In this document: positions 25,801 to 40,800 of the stretch, piece by piece | How the letters are laid out: each line of letters opens with the position of its first letter | How positions within the stretch are numbered: the first letter of the stretch is position 1 | Assembly (NCBI GenBank): GCA_964016885.1 | Contig: OZ024765.1 | Span: 4,030,001-4,094,000, forward strand | DNA length: 64,000 nt | Source: Eledone cirrhosa | Taxonomy: Eukaryota | Direction: 5' to 3' | Notes under the pieces: generated by a model | Database searches by the model: none | The model's input: only the letters and a program-made list of their open reading frames with translations | What the model was told of the DNA's origin: nothing | Made by a program: the position numbers and the translations under genes

Positions 25801-28800
25801 TTTTTTACTTTACTAGAGAAAAATTTAAATTTTAAAATATATAGTACAGATTCGGACTGAGATTGAACACCACATCAGTGTCTACATAATCTCTAACACC
25901 TACCATTAGCCCAACGAAACAGATACAAGAACATAAGAAAAAAATTATATTTATAAACCTACTTTCAATTTCCAAGCAAAATAGATGTGCTGGCGTTCAT
26001 GGCTTTCTCATTGTTATTTCTACTATAATCGAGTCAATGTTTACATTTATTCTTCTGGGGCTTTCATAAAATATATTTTCACTTTCATTCGGGTTCATTA
26101 GATCCTACAACCAGATGATCTACAGGGACCTTCTTCATGGTCATAGCTGATTATTAAATATATACGGGAGAGTGTGTGTGTGTATTAGATTAGATCTTGC
26201 CGTGATGTACTCAGCAATAATCGTTTTCAATTCCGTCGTCCCTCCATCCTTGGTGTGTATATAAATATATATGCGATTTTAACGTACAACGGCGACAATA
26301 TATAAATCTGTTTTGTTTGATAATAATTAGATAAAAATTATTGCTAGAGATTGATCCCTAATATTTTATCTCACTCCTTAACCAGGGAGGAAAGGTCCTC
26401 AGACTCGGACAATGTTGATAAGGAGAGCAGAGTGTATCCTTATTTGTCACGTCTTTCCAGTTGTCACGGTATATAAAAGGCAGTAGTACTAGTCACTCCT
26501 GCGAAAGACGTTGTCAGTTAGCCTTCTGTAACGAGAGAAGAAGGTCGTGGCTTTTTTTTCCTCCCTATCACATAATTTATACATTTGTCATCCTTTAGAT
26601 ATCAATATACAAGAGAAAGAAGAAAATTGAGAACTTCGGTCTTTTAAAAGTAACATTTATTACATTAGAGTAAAATCTTGCATTAACAATATTTTGTGAG
26701 ACTAAACATGGAATGGACAAAGAGATTATTAGAAGAAGGGCAATTGTCTCTATCTTAAACGTCAATACATTCTCCAGAAAATCGAAATGAGAATAATTAC
26801 AGAGATACTTTACAAAATGTTTCGCGATATGGTTCAAGTTATTTTGTAGTAATATGCAGCTATATTTATACATGTCTCTTATACCCCTCCACGAGGAATT
26901 GTGAATATGTATGAATATGATTTTAAAGATGGCTAAACATGTTGAAGAAAAAAAAAGGAATTCAGATGATAGGAATAATAAAACATTCCTTTGCCAAGCT
27001 AAATGTCGAAGTCTAAAACACTAGTTGAATGATATGTGTGATACGACCTAGAATATTGTTTTGGGGCATGGTCAGACGACTTCAGAAAATACGGAGAAGC
27101 TATTGAAGGAATCCAGAAAAGAACAAAACAGAAAACACCAGAATTATTAAGAAATCTGTCTTCTGAAGAAAGATGTTAAACTTTAGGGATTGCAAATTTA
27201 GAGGAGATAAATCTAAGAAGGTGGGGGGGGGGGGGGGGGGGCATGATAGAAATATATATTTAAAGGACTAATATTTAAATAGTAGTACACTATTCCAATG
27301 TAAAGCTCTGAATAACTATATCTTTCGGGGAGATATATCAAACGAGTGACATGATATAAATATTTAAAATAATGAAAAGACTACAATATACAGTATTGCA
27401 GAAGTAAATGAAAATATAAGAAGACATCACCATTGAACTGCAGATGAAAGTCAGTACTCTTTACATTTATCCCAGGTATATAGAAAGCTATCCTGATGTC
27501 CACTGATTGAAATATAAAACAATAAAGAAACACCACAATCCAGTAAACCTTAGTAATAATCCAATTAAGCCGCCATTTACAGTAGAAAATAGTAAGAAAA
27601 ACAAAGTCACACTCAGAAGTTAATGCAGTGAAAACAATAAAAATATTATTAATAAATAATAATAATTTCATTTCATATTATCATTAAATTGTTTGTCTAT
27701 TTTTATTGTAAACATAAAATATACTAATATATATATATATACATTCATACATATACATCGATACATTCTGTGAGTATGTCTTACTTAGGCAAAAGTCAAG
27801 TAATTTGCGGGGAGGAACCAATCCGTTAAATTGATCCCAGTACATGACTGGTACTATAAGTTATATGCTCCCAAATCATAAAATTATGGGTTAATCTAAA
27901 CACTGAGAACACAAAGGTGGGGTAAAATTATTTAAAAATTGAGGTTTTAATATTTTATCTTTTATTTACAAATTATATGTCTTGGTGTCATATTTAAGGA
28001 TATAATGTAGTTATTGGTGGAAATAATATAATATGTGATGAAGAGGTGTATATAACTGTGGATATAGAATTGTTTTAATCATTATTTTTAACGGACGAAA
28101 AAACTACATAATGACTTCTAGTCGGAGTTACGGGAAATTACGGCAAAGACCCTCCATGAAGGTTCAAATATTACACATTATCTATATATAGGAATCGGGC
28201 TAAACAATTTACGGGCACGTCGCTCTAAGTTGGAATATTTTTCACACACACAGACACGGGAGTTAGGTATGACATATTTCAAATAAGAGAACATTATTAC
28301 AGACGGAGTCATTGAAGGTTGAAATCATTGTTAGACCGATCAGAAAGAAAATGGATATTTAATTCATGAATAAACCTGAAGTGTGAAAGACAGAGTCGAC
28401 CCTTTCTAGTAACAACACTAAGAAACCCATGAACGCCACCACGTCCTAAATCTAACTCTGCGATCGTCATATCAAATCGAAATACTTCACCAACTGTGGA
28501 AGATGAAGGATTGAAGAACTATGATATATAGCTAAGAGGCTTGTCTCCAGAACATTTAGTAAGGTGTAAGCCAAGGGTTGCCAAATATTTTGGCGTCATG
28601 ATGGTTCACATGAAAAAATGTTCCACCAGCCACCTGTATAGTAAATATTCCAAAGTATACCAAATATGTTTCGTAAATGTTTGTTCCTGGTTTAATTTTC
28701 CCAATTAGCTTCCTGATTTTTATTCAGGTTCTTTGCATATATTCCTTGAATAGGTTTTCGGGTAGCATACCTTCTTAAATCTCAAAATTCTATATCGGCC

Positions 28801-31800
28801 ACCAAAGTTTCCAATGGCCCTCAATTTTCTGTTCAGCTGCTCATCGCCCACCCAACAGTTGAAACCGCTCAGTTGAGGAACCCCTGTGGGTAAGCTACCT
28901 CGAATGATGCTATATATTAATCGAGAGGAGGAGGTGACTATTATAATTTTTATAAGTAATAATCTTTTAAAGACAAGAGGAAATTTCATCATTAAAATCA
29001 TAAATATATGTCTACAGAATACAATACAGATTATCAAAATGAAATTAAAAGCAAGTAAATCAGGGGCCACTAAACTTTACATATTTAGTTGTATTTCTAT
29101 CGTGAAAAATGTTGATCTTCAGATATTAGATTATGGCGGCTGTAATTGTCTTTGTGTTTACGTGTTTGTTTGAAATCCTATTTTAATGTTCGTCTCTCTT
29201 TAAACATCGTTTATAGTTTGTTAAAATTAATTTTAGATTATTCGTACCTCGTCTGTGTGGTTTATTTTGATGTAGCGTCCCTGTCTTGTTTATTTTTGGT
29301 TACATTTTAAATGTGAAATACAGGAACATCAGACATTAAAATGAAATGTTACGTAAAACACACACCTTGTGTTTATTCCAGGTATTTAGATAGATGTCCA
29401 GATGTCCACTGACAACAAAATAATACAATCATCCAGTGAAACTTGGTAATAATCCAGGTTCGTTGCAGTCACCATTCACAGTAAACAATGGTTAGAAAGA
29501 ATCAAAAACAAAAACAAAAGACGTATTCAGCAGTTAATGAAGTGAAAACAAAATAAAAACAACTTTACTGAATAAAATTCATTTCTTAATTTCAATAAGG
29601 TTTTTTGTTCTTTCTTTTATAAAAAAAAAAAAAATTTAATTAAAATATGTTGAATATAATATGGGACATTACTACAAAGTACAGCATTATTAGTTCAAAT
29701 CTTACTTAATAAAAGCAACAAATACGCAGTTATTAGTATAAAAGCTAACGGAAATCGAACCCTAAATCACGATCTCCACCGTCTCTAGTACTTACCATTA
29801 GGCCACAGGGACGGTTACAAAATTTTTTTGAAAATTAATATTTACTTACCTATACTAGAAAAAACCGGAAGTGGAGAAAATTGAAAAACTTTTTCTTTTT
29901 CTTCCTATGATTTTTGCCACGAACGATAACTCGTCTCTGACTTAAATCCAAATTTTGGATAAAAAAAAATCAGAGGAAGAAAAAGAAGATGTTTTTCAAT
30001 TTTCTCCACTTCCGGTTTTTTCTAGTAATGAAAAAGTAGGTTTATAAATATTAATTTTTAGTAAGTTTCTGTAACCGTCCCTTTAGCTTAGTGGTAAGTA
30101 TAAAAGCTGGTGGAGGTCCAGGTCCGGGGTTCAATCACTGGCAGTGTGTCGTATTATATTTTTTATAGTATAAAACAAAAATAAAAAAGTAACTTTATAA
30201 ATATTAATTTTCACACTGTTTTTATATCTGTCTCCGTGGCCTAATGGTAGGTATTAGAGACGGTGGAGAACCTGCTCTGGGTTTCGATTTAAGTCAAGGT
30301 CTATAGATAATAATTTCATTTTTTACTTTACTAGAGAAAAATTTAAATTTTAAAATATATAGTACAGATTCGGACTGAGATTGAACACCACATCAGTGTC
30401 TACATAATCTCTAACACCTACCATTAGCCCAACGAAACAGATACAAGAACATAAGAAAAAAATTATATTTATAAACCTACTTTCAATTTCCAAGCAAAAT
30501 AGATGTGCTGGCGTTCATGGCTTTCTCATTGTTATTTCTACTATAATCGAGTCAATGTTTACATTTATTCTTCTGGGGCTTTCATAAAATATATTTTCAC
30601 TTTCATTCGGGTTCATTAGATCCTACAACCAGATGATCTACAGGGACCTTCTTCATGGTCATAGCTGATTATTAAATATATACGGGAGAGTGTGTGTGTG
30701 TATTAGATTAGATCTTGCCGTGATGTACTCAGCAATAATCGTTTTCAATTCCGTCGTCCCTCCATCCTTGGTGTGTATATAAATATATATGCGATTTTAA
30801 CGTACAACGGCGACAATATATAAATCTGTTTTGTTTGATAATAATTAGATAAAAATTATTGCTAGAGATTGATCCCTAATATTTTATCTCACTCCTTAAC
30901 CAGGGAGGAAAGGTCCTCAGACTCGGACAATGTTGATAAGGAGAGCAGAGTGTATCCTTATTTGTCACGTCTTTCCAGTTGTCACGGTATATAAAAGGCA
31001 GTAGTACTAGTCACTCCTGCGAAAGACGTTGTCAGTTAGCCTTCTGTAACGAGAGAAGAAGGTCGTGGCTTTTTTTTCCTCCCTATCACATAATTTATAC
31101 ATTTGTCATCCTTTAGATATCAATATACAAGAGAAAGAAGAAAATTGAGAACTTCGGTCTTTTAAAAGTAACATTTATTACATTAGAGTAAAATCTTGCA
31201 TTAACAATATTTTGTGAGACTAAACATGGAATGGACAAAGAGATTATTAGAAGAAGGGCAATTGTCTCTATCTTAAACGTCAATACATTCTCCAGAAAAT
31301 CGAAATGAGAATAATTACAGAGATACTTTACAAAATGTTTCGCGATATGGTTCAAGTTATTTTGTAGTAATATGCAGCTATATTTATACATGTCTCTTAT
31401 ACCCCTCCACGAGGAATTGTGAATATGTATGAATATGATTTTAAAGATGGCTAAACATGTTGAAGAAAAAAAAAGGAATTCAGATGATAGGAATAATAAA
31501 ACATTCCTTTGCCAAGCTAAATGTCGAGAAGTCTAAAACACTAGTTGAATGATATGTGTGATACGACCTAGAATATTGTTTTGGGGCATGGTCAGACGAC
31601 TTCAGAAAATACGGAGAAGCTATTGAAGGAATCCAGAAAAGAACAAAACAGAAAACACCAGAATTATTAAGAAATCTGTCTTCTGAAGAAAGATGTTAAA
31701 CTTTAGAGATTGCAAATTTAGAGGAGATAAATCTAAGAAGGTGTGTGTGTGTGTGTGTGGGGGGGGGGGGGGGCATGATAGAAATATATATTTAAAGGAC

Positions 31801-34800
31801 TAATATTTAAATAGTAGTACACTATTCCAATGTAAAGCTCTGAATAACTATATCTTTCGGGGAGATATATCAAACGAGTGACATGATATAAATATTTAAA
31901 ATAATGAAAAGACTACAATATACAGTATTGCAGAAGTAAATGAAAATATAAGAAGACATCACCATTGAACTGCAGATGAAAGTCAGTACTCTTTACATTT
32001 ATCCCAGGTATATAGAAAGCTATCCTGATGTCCACTGATTGAAATATAAAACAATAAAGAAACACCACAATCCAGTAAACCTTAGTAATAATCCAATTAA
32101 GCCGCCATTTACAGTAGAAAATAGTAAGAAAAACAAAGTCACACTCAGAAGTTAATGCAGTGAAAACAATAAAAATATTATTAATAAATAATAATAATTT
32201 CATTTCATATTATCATTAAATTGTTTGTCTATTTTTATTGTAAACATAAAATATACTAATATATATATATATACATTCATACATATACATCGATACATTC
32301 TGTGAGTATGTCTTACTTAGGCAAAAGTCAAGTAATTTGCGGGGAGGAACCAATCCGTTAAATTGATCCCAGTACATGACTGGTACTATAAGTTATATGC
32401 TCCCAAATCATAAAATTATGGGTTAATCTAAACACTGAGAACACAAAGGTGGGGTAAAATTATTTAAAAATTGAGGTTTTAATATTTTATCTTTTATTTA
32501 CAAATTATATGTCTTGGTGTCATATTTAAGGATATAATGTAGTTATTGGTGGAAATAATATAATATGTGATGAAGAGGTGTATATAACTGTGGATATAGA
32601 ATTGTTTTAATCATTATTTTTAACGGACGAAAAAACTACATAATGACTTCTAGTCGGAGTTACGGGAAATTACGGCAAAGACCCTCCATGAAGGTTCAAA
32701 TATTACACATTATCTATATATAGGAATCGGGCTAAACAATTTACGGGCACGTCGCTCTAAGTTGGAATATTTTTCACACACACAGACACGGGAGTTAGGT
32801 ATGGCATATTTCAAATAAGAGAACATTATTACAGACGGAGTCATTGTAGGTTGAAATCATTGTTAGACCGATCAGAAAGAAAATGGATATTTAATTCATG
32901 AATAAACCTGAAGTGTGAAAGACAGAGTCGACCCTTTCTAGTAACAACACTAAGAAACCCATGAACGCCACCACGTCCTAAATCTAACTCTGCGATCGTC
33001 ATATCAAATCGAAATACTTCACCAACTGTGGAAGATGAAGGATTGAAGAACTATGATATATAGCTAAGAGGCTTGTCTCCAGAACATTTAGTAAGGTGTA
33101 AGCCAAGGGTTGCCAAATATTTTGGCGTCATTTCCCACATTCACATGAAAAAATGTTCCACCAGCCACCTGTATAGTAAATATTCCAAAGTATACCAAAT
33201 ATGTTTCGTAAATGTTTGTTCCTGGTTTAATTTTCCCAATTAGCTTCCTGATTTTTATTCAGGTTCTTTGCATATATTCCTTGAATAGGTTTTCGGGTAG
33301 CATACCTTCTTAAATCTCAAAATTCTATATCGGCCACCAAAGTTTCCAATGGCCCTCAATTTTCTGTTCAGCTGCTCATCGCCCACCCAACAGTTGAAAC
33401 CGCCCAGTTGAGGAACCCCTGTGGGTAAGCTACATATTAATCGAGAGGAGGAGGTGACTATTATAATTTTTATAAGTAATAATCTTTTAAAGACAAGAGG
33501 AAATTTCATCATTAAAATCATAAATATATGTCTACAGAATACAATACAGATTATCAAAATGAAATTAAAAGCAAGTAAATCAGGGGCCACTAAACTTTAC
33601 ATATTTAGTTGTATTTCTATCGTGAAAAATGTTGATCTTCAGATATTAGATTATGGCGGCTGTAATTGTCTTTGTGTTTACGTGTTTGTTTGAAATCCTA
33701 TTTTAATGTTCGTCTCTCTTTAAACATCGTTTATAGTTTGTTAAAATTAATTTTAGATTATTCGTACCTCGTCTGTGTGGTTTATTTTGATGTAGCGTCC
33801 CTGTCTTGTTTATTTTTGGTTACATTTTAAATGTGAAATACAGGAACATCAGACATTAAAATGAAATGTTACGTAAAACACACACCTTGTGTTTATTCCA
33901 GGTATTTAGATAGATGTCCAGATGTCCACTGACAACAAAATAATACAATCATCCAGTGAAACTTGGTAATAATCCAGGTTCGTTGCAGTCACCATTCACA
34001 GTAAACAATGGTTAGAAAGAATCAAAAACAAAAACAAAAGACGTATTCAGCAGTTAATGAAGTGAAAACAAAATAAAAACAACTTTACTGAATAAAATTC
34101 ATTTCTTAATTTCAATAAGGTTTTTTGTTCTTTCTTTTATAAAAAAAAAAAATTTTAATTAAAATATGTTGAATATAATATGGGACATTACTACAAAGTA
34201 CAGCATTATTAGTTCAAATCTTACTTAATAAAAGCAACAAATACGCAGTTATTAGTATAAAAGCTAACGGAAATCGAACCCTAAATCACGATCTCCACCG
34301 TCTCTAGTACTTACCATTAGGCCACAGGGACGGTTACAAAAATTTTTTGAAAATTAATATTTACTTACCTATACTAGAAAAAACCGGAAGTGGAGAAAAT
34401 TGAAAAACTTTTTCTTTTTCTTCCTCTGATTTTTGCCACGAACGATAACTCGTCTCTGACTTAAATCCAAATTTTGGATAAAAAAAAATCAGAGGAAGAA
34501 AAAGAAGATGTTTTTCAATTTTCTCCACTTCCGGTTTTTTCTAGTAATGAAAAAGTAGGTTTATAAATATTAATTTTTAGTAAGTTTCTGTAACCGTCCC
34601 TTTAGCTTAGTGGTAAGTATAAGAGCCGGTGGAGGTCCAGGTCCGGGGTTCAATCACTGGCAGTGTGTCGTATTATATTTTTTATAGTATAAAACAAAAA
34701 TAAAAAAGTAACTTTATAAATATTAATTTTCACACTGTTTTTATATCTGTCTCCGTGGCCTAATGGTAGGTATTAGAGACGGTGGAGAACCTGCTCTGGG

Positions 34801-37800
34801 TTTCGATTTAAGTCAAGGTCTATAGATAATAATTTCATTTTTTACTTTACTAGAGAAAAATTTAAATTTTAAAATATATAGTACAGATTCGGACTGAGAT
34901 TGAACACCACATCAGTGTCTACATAATCTCTAACACCTACCATTAGCCCAACGAAACAGATACAAGAACATAAGAAAAAAATTATATTTATAAACCTACT
35001 TTCAATTTCCAAGCAAAATAGATGTGCTGGCGTTCATGGCTTTCTCATTGTTATTTCTACTATAATCGAGTCAATGTTTACATTTATTCTTCTGGGGCTT
35101 TCATAAAATATATTTTCACTTTCATTCGGGTTCATTAGATCCTACAACCAGATGATCTACAGGGACCTTCTTCATGGTCATAGCTGATTATTAAATATAT
35201 ACGGGAGAGTGTGTGTGTGTATTAGATTAGATCTTGCCGTGATGTACTCAGCAATAATCGTTTTCAATTCCGTCGTCCCTCCATCCTTGGTGTGTATATA
35301 AATATATATGCGATTTTAACGTACAACGGCGACAATATATAAATCTGTTTTGTTTGATAATAATTAGATAAAAATTATTGCTAGAGATTGATCCCTAATA
35401 TTTTATCTCACTCCTTAACCAGGGAGGAAAGGTCCTCAGACTCGGACAATGTTGATAAGGAGAGCAGAGTGTATCCTTATTTGTCACGTCTTTCCAGTTG
35501 TCACGGTATATAAAAGGCAGTAGTACTAGTCACTCCTGCGAAAGACGTTGTCAGTTAGCCTTCTGTAACGAGAGAAGAAGGTCGTGGCTTTTTTTTCCTC
35601 CCTATCACATAATTTATACATTTGTCATCCTTTAGATATCAATATACAAGAGAAAGAAGAAAATTGAGAACTTCGGTCTTTTAAAAGTAACATTTATTAC
35701 ATTAGAGTAAAATCTTGCATTAACAATATTTTGTGAGACTAAACATGGAATGGACAAAGAGATTATTAGAAGAAGGGCAATTGTCTCTATCTTAAACGTC
35801 AATACATTCTCCAGAAAATCGAAATGAGAATAATTACAGAGATACTTTACAAAATGTTTCGCGATATGGTTCAAGTTATTTTGTAGTAATATGCAGCTAT
35901 ATTTATACATGTCTCTTATACCCCTCCACGAGGAATTGTGAATATGTATGAATATGATTTTAAAGATGGCTAAACATGTTGAAGAAAAAAAAAGGAATTC
36001 AGATGATAGGAATAATAAAACATTCCTTTGCCAAGCTAAATGTCGAAGTCTAAAACACTAGTTGAATGATATGTGTGATACGACCTAGAATATTGTTTTG
36101 GGGCATGGTCAGACGACTTCAGAAAATACGGAGAAGCTATTGAAGGAATCCAGAAAAGAACAAAACAGAAAACACCAGAATTATTAAGAAATCTGTCTTC
36201 TGAAGAAAGATGTTAAACTTTAGGGATTGCAAATTTAGAGGAGATAAATCTAAGAAGGTGGGGGGGGGGGGGGGGGGCATGATAGAAATATATATTTAAA
36301 GGACTAATATTTAAATAGTAGTACACTATTCCAATGTAAAGCTCTGAATAACTATATCTTTCGGGGAGATATATCAAACGAGTGACATGATATAAATATT
36401 TAAAATAATGAAAAGACTACAATATACAGTATTGCAGAAGTAAATGAAAATATAAGAAGACATCACCATTGAACTGCAGATGAAAGTCAGTACTCTTTAC
36501 ATTTATCCCAGGTATATAGAAAGCTATCCTGATGTCCACTGATTGAAATATAAAACAATAAAGAAACACCACAATCCAGTAAACCTTAGTAATAATCCAA
36601 TTAAGCCGCCATTTACAGTAGAAAATAGTAAGAAAAACAAAGTCACACTCAGAAGTTAATGCAGTGAAAACAATAAAAATATTATTAATAAATAATAATA
36701 ATTTCATTTCATATTATCATTAAATTGTTTGTCTATTTTTATTGTAAACATAAAATATACTAATATATATATATATACATTCATACATATACATCGATAC
36801 ATTCTGTGAGTATGTCTTACTTAGGCAAAAGTCAAGTAATTTGCGGGGAGGAACCAATCCGTTAAATTGATCCCAGTACATGACTGGTACTATAAGTTAT
36901 ATGCTCCCAAATCATAAAATTATGGGTTAATCTAAACACTGAGAACACAAAGGTGGGGTAAAATTATTTAAAAATTGAGGTTTTAATATTTTATCTTTTA
37001 TTTACAAATTATATGTCTTGGTGTCATATTTAAGGATATAATGTAGTTATTGGTGGAAATAATATAATATGTGATGAAGAGGTGTATATAACTGTGGATA
37101 TAGAATTGTTTTAATCATTATTTTTAACGGACGAAAAAACTACATAATGACTTCTAGTCGGAGTTACGGGAAATTACGGCAAAGACCCTCCATGAAGGTT
37201 CAAATATTACACATTATCTATATATAGGAATCGGGCTAAACAATTTACGGGCACGTCGCTCTAAGTTGGAATATTTTTCACACACACAGACACGGGAGTT
37301 AGGTATGACATATTTCAAATAAGAGAACATTATTACAGACGGAGTCATTGTAGGTTGAAATCATTGTTAGACCGATCAGAAAGAAAATGGATATTTAATT
37401 CATGAATAAACCTGAAGTGTGAAAGACAGAGTCGACCCTTTCTAGTAACAACACTAAGAAACCCATGAACGCCACCACGTCCTAAATCTAACTCTGCGAT
37501 CGTCATATCAAATCGAAATACTTCACCAACTGTGGAAGATGAAGGATTGAAGAACTATGATATATAGCTAAGAGGCTTGTCTCCAGAACATTTAGTAAGG
37601 TGTAAGCCAAGGGTTGCCAAATATTTTGGCGTCATGATGGTTCACATGAAAAAATGTTCCACCAGCCACCTGTATAGTAAATATTCCAAAGTATACCAAA
37701 TATGTTTCGTAAATGTTTGTTCCTGGTTTAATTTTCCCAATTAGCTTCCTGATTTTTATTCAGGTTCTTTGCATATATTCCTTGAATAGGTTTTCGGGTA

Positions 37801-40800
37801 GCATACCTTCTTAAATCTCAAAATTCTATATCGGCCACCAAAGTTTCCAATGGCCCTCAATTTTCTGTTCAGCTGCTCATCGCCCACCCAACAGTTGAAA
37901 CCGCCCAGTTGAGGAACCCCTGTGGGTAAGCTACATATTAATCGAGAGGAGGAGGTGACTATTATAATTTTTATAAGTAATAATCTTTTAAAGACAAGAG
38001 GAAATTTCATCATTAAAATCATAAATATATGTCTACAGAATACAATACAGATTATCAAAATGAAATTAAAAGCAAGTAAATCAGGGGCCACTAAACTTTA
38101 CATATTTAGTTGTATTTCTATCGTGAAAAATGTTGATCTTCAGATATTAGATTATGGCGGCTGTAATTGTCTTTGTGTTTACGTGTTTGTTTGAAATCCT
38201 ATTTTAATGTTCGTCTCTCTTTAAACATCGTTTATAGTTTGTTAAAATTAATTTTAGATTATTCGTACCTCGTCTGTGTGGTTTATTTTGATGTAGCGTC
38301 CCTGTCTTGTTTATTTTTGGTTACATTTTAAATGTGAAATACAGGAACATCAGACATTAAAATGAAATGTTACGTAAAACACACACCTTGTGTTTATTCC
38401 AGGTATTTAGATAGATGTCCAGATGTCCACTGACAACAAAATAATACAATCATCCAGTGAAACTTGGTAATAATCCAGGTTCGTTGCAGTCACCATTCAC
38501 AGTAAACAATGGTTAGAAAGAATCAAAAACAAAAACAAAAGACGTATTCAGCAGTTAATGAAGTGAAAACAAAATAAAAACAACTTTACTGAATAAAATT
38601 CATTTCTTAATTTCAATAAGGTTTTTTGTTCTTTCTTTTATAAAAAAAAAAAATTTTAATTAAAATATGTTGAATATAATATGGGACATTACTACAAAGT
38701 ACAGCATTATTAGTTCAAATCTTACTTAATAAAAGCAACAAATACGCAGTTATTAGTATAAAAGCTAACGGAAATCGAACCCTAAATCACGATCTCCACC
38801 GTCTCTAGTACTTACCATTAGGCCACAGGGACGGTTACAAAAATTTTTTGAAAATTAATATTTACTTACCTATACTAGAAAAAACCGGAAGTGGAGAAAA
38901 TTGAAAAACTTTTTCTTTTTCTTCCTCTGATTTTTGCCACGAACGATAACTCGTCTCTGACTTAAATCCAAATTTTGGATAAAAAAAAATCAGAGGAAGA
39001 AAAAGAAGATGTTTTTCAATTTTCTCCACTTCCGGTTTTTTCTAGTAATGAAAAAGTAGGTTTATAAATATTAATTTTTAGTAAGTTTCTGTAACCGTCC
39101 CTTTAGCTTAGTGGTAAGTATAAGAGCCGGTGGAGGTCCAGGTCCGGGGTTCAATCACTGGCAGTGTGTCGTATTATATTTTTTATAGTATAAAACAAAA
39201 ATAAAAAAGTAACTTTATAAATATTAATTTTCACACTGTTTTTATATCTGTCTCCGTGGCCTAATGGTAGGTATTAGAGACGGTGGAGAACCTGCTCTGG
39301 GTTTCGATTTAAGTCAAGGTCTATAGATAATAATTTCATTTTTTACTTTACTAGAGAAAAATTTAAATTTTAAAATATATAGTACAGATTCGGACTGAGA
39401 TTGAACACCACATCAGTGTCTACATAATCTCTAACACCTACCATTAGCCCAACGAAACAGATACAAGAACATAAGAAAAAAATTATATTTATAAACCTAC
39501 TTTCAATTTCCAAGCAAAATAGATGTGCTGGCGTTCATGGCTTTCTCATTGTTATTTCTACTATAATCGAGTCAATGTTTACATTTATTCTTCTGGGGCT
39601 TTCATAAAATATATTTTCACTTTCATTCGGGTTCATTAGATCCTACAACCAAATGATCTACAGGGACCTTCTTCATGGTCATAGCTGATTATTAAATATA
39701 TACGGGAGAGTGTGTGTGTGTATTAGATTAGATCTTGCCGTGATGTACTCAGCAATAATCGTTTTCAATTCCGTCGTCCCTCCATCCTTGGTGTGTATAT
39801 AAATATATATGCGATTTTAACGTACAACGGCGACAATATATAAATCTGTTTTGTTTGATAATAATTAGATAAAAATTATTGCTAGAGATTGATCCCTAAT
39901 ATTTTATCTCACTCCTTAACCAGGGAGGAAAGGTCCTCAGACTCGGACAATGTTGATAAGGAGAGCAGAGTGTATCCTTATTTGTCACGTCTTTCCAGTT
40001 GTCACGGTATATAAAAAGCAGTAGTACTAGTCACTCCTCCGAAAGACGTTGTCAGTTAGCCTTCTGTAACGAGAGAAGAAGGTCGTGGCTTTTTTTTCCT
40101 CCCTATCACATAATTTATACATTTGTCATCCTTTAGATATCAATATACAAGAGAAAGAAGAAAATTGAGAACTTCGGTCTTTTAAAAGTAACATTTATTA
40201 CATTAGAGTAAAATCTTGCATTAACAATATTTTGTGAGACTAAACATGGAATGGACAAAGAGATTATTAGAAGAAGGGCAATTGTCTCTATCTTAAACGT
40301 CAATACATTCTCCAGAAAATCGAAATGAGAATAATTACAGAGATACTTTACAAAATGTTTCGCGATATGGTTCAAGTTATTTTGTAGTAATATGCAGCTA
40401 TATTTATACATGTCTCTTATACCCCTCCACGAGGAATTGTGAATATGTATGAATATGATTTTAAAGATGGCTAAACATGTTGAAGAAAAAAAAAGGAATT
40501 CAGATGATAGGAATAATAAAACATTCCTTTGCCAAGCTAAATGTCGAAGTCTAAAACACTAGTTGAATGATATGTGTGATACGACCTAGAATATTGTTTT
40601 GGGGCATGGTCAGACGACTTCAGAAAATACGGAGAAGCTATTGAAGGAATCCAGAAAAGAACAAAACAGAAAACACCAGAATTATTAAGAAATCTGTCTT
40701 CTGAAGAAAGATGTTAAACTTTAGGGATTGCAAATTTAGAGGAGATAAATCTAAGAAGGTGGGGGGGGGGGGGGGGGGGGGCATGATAGAAATATATATT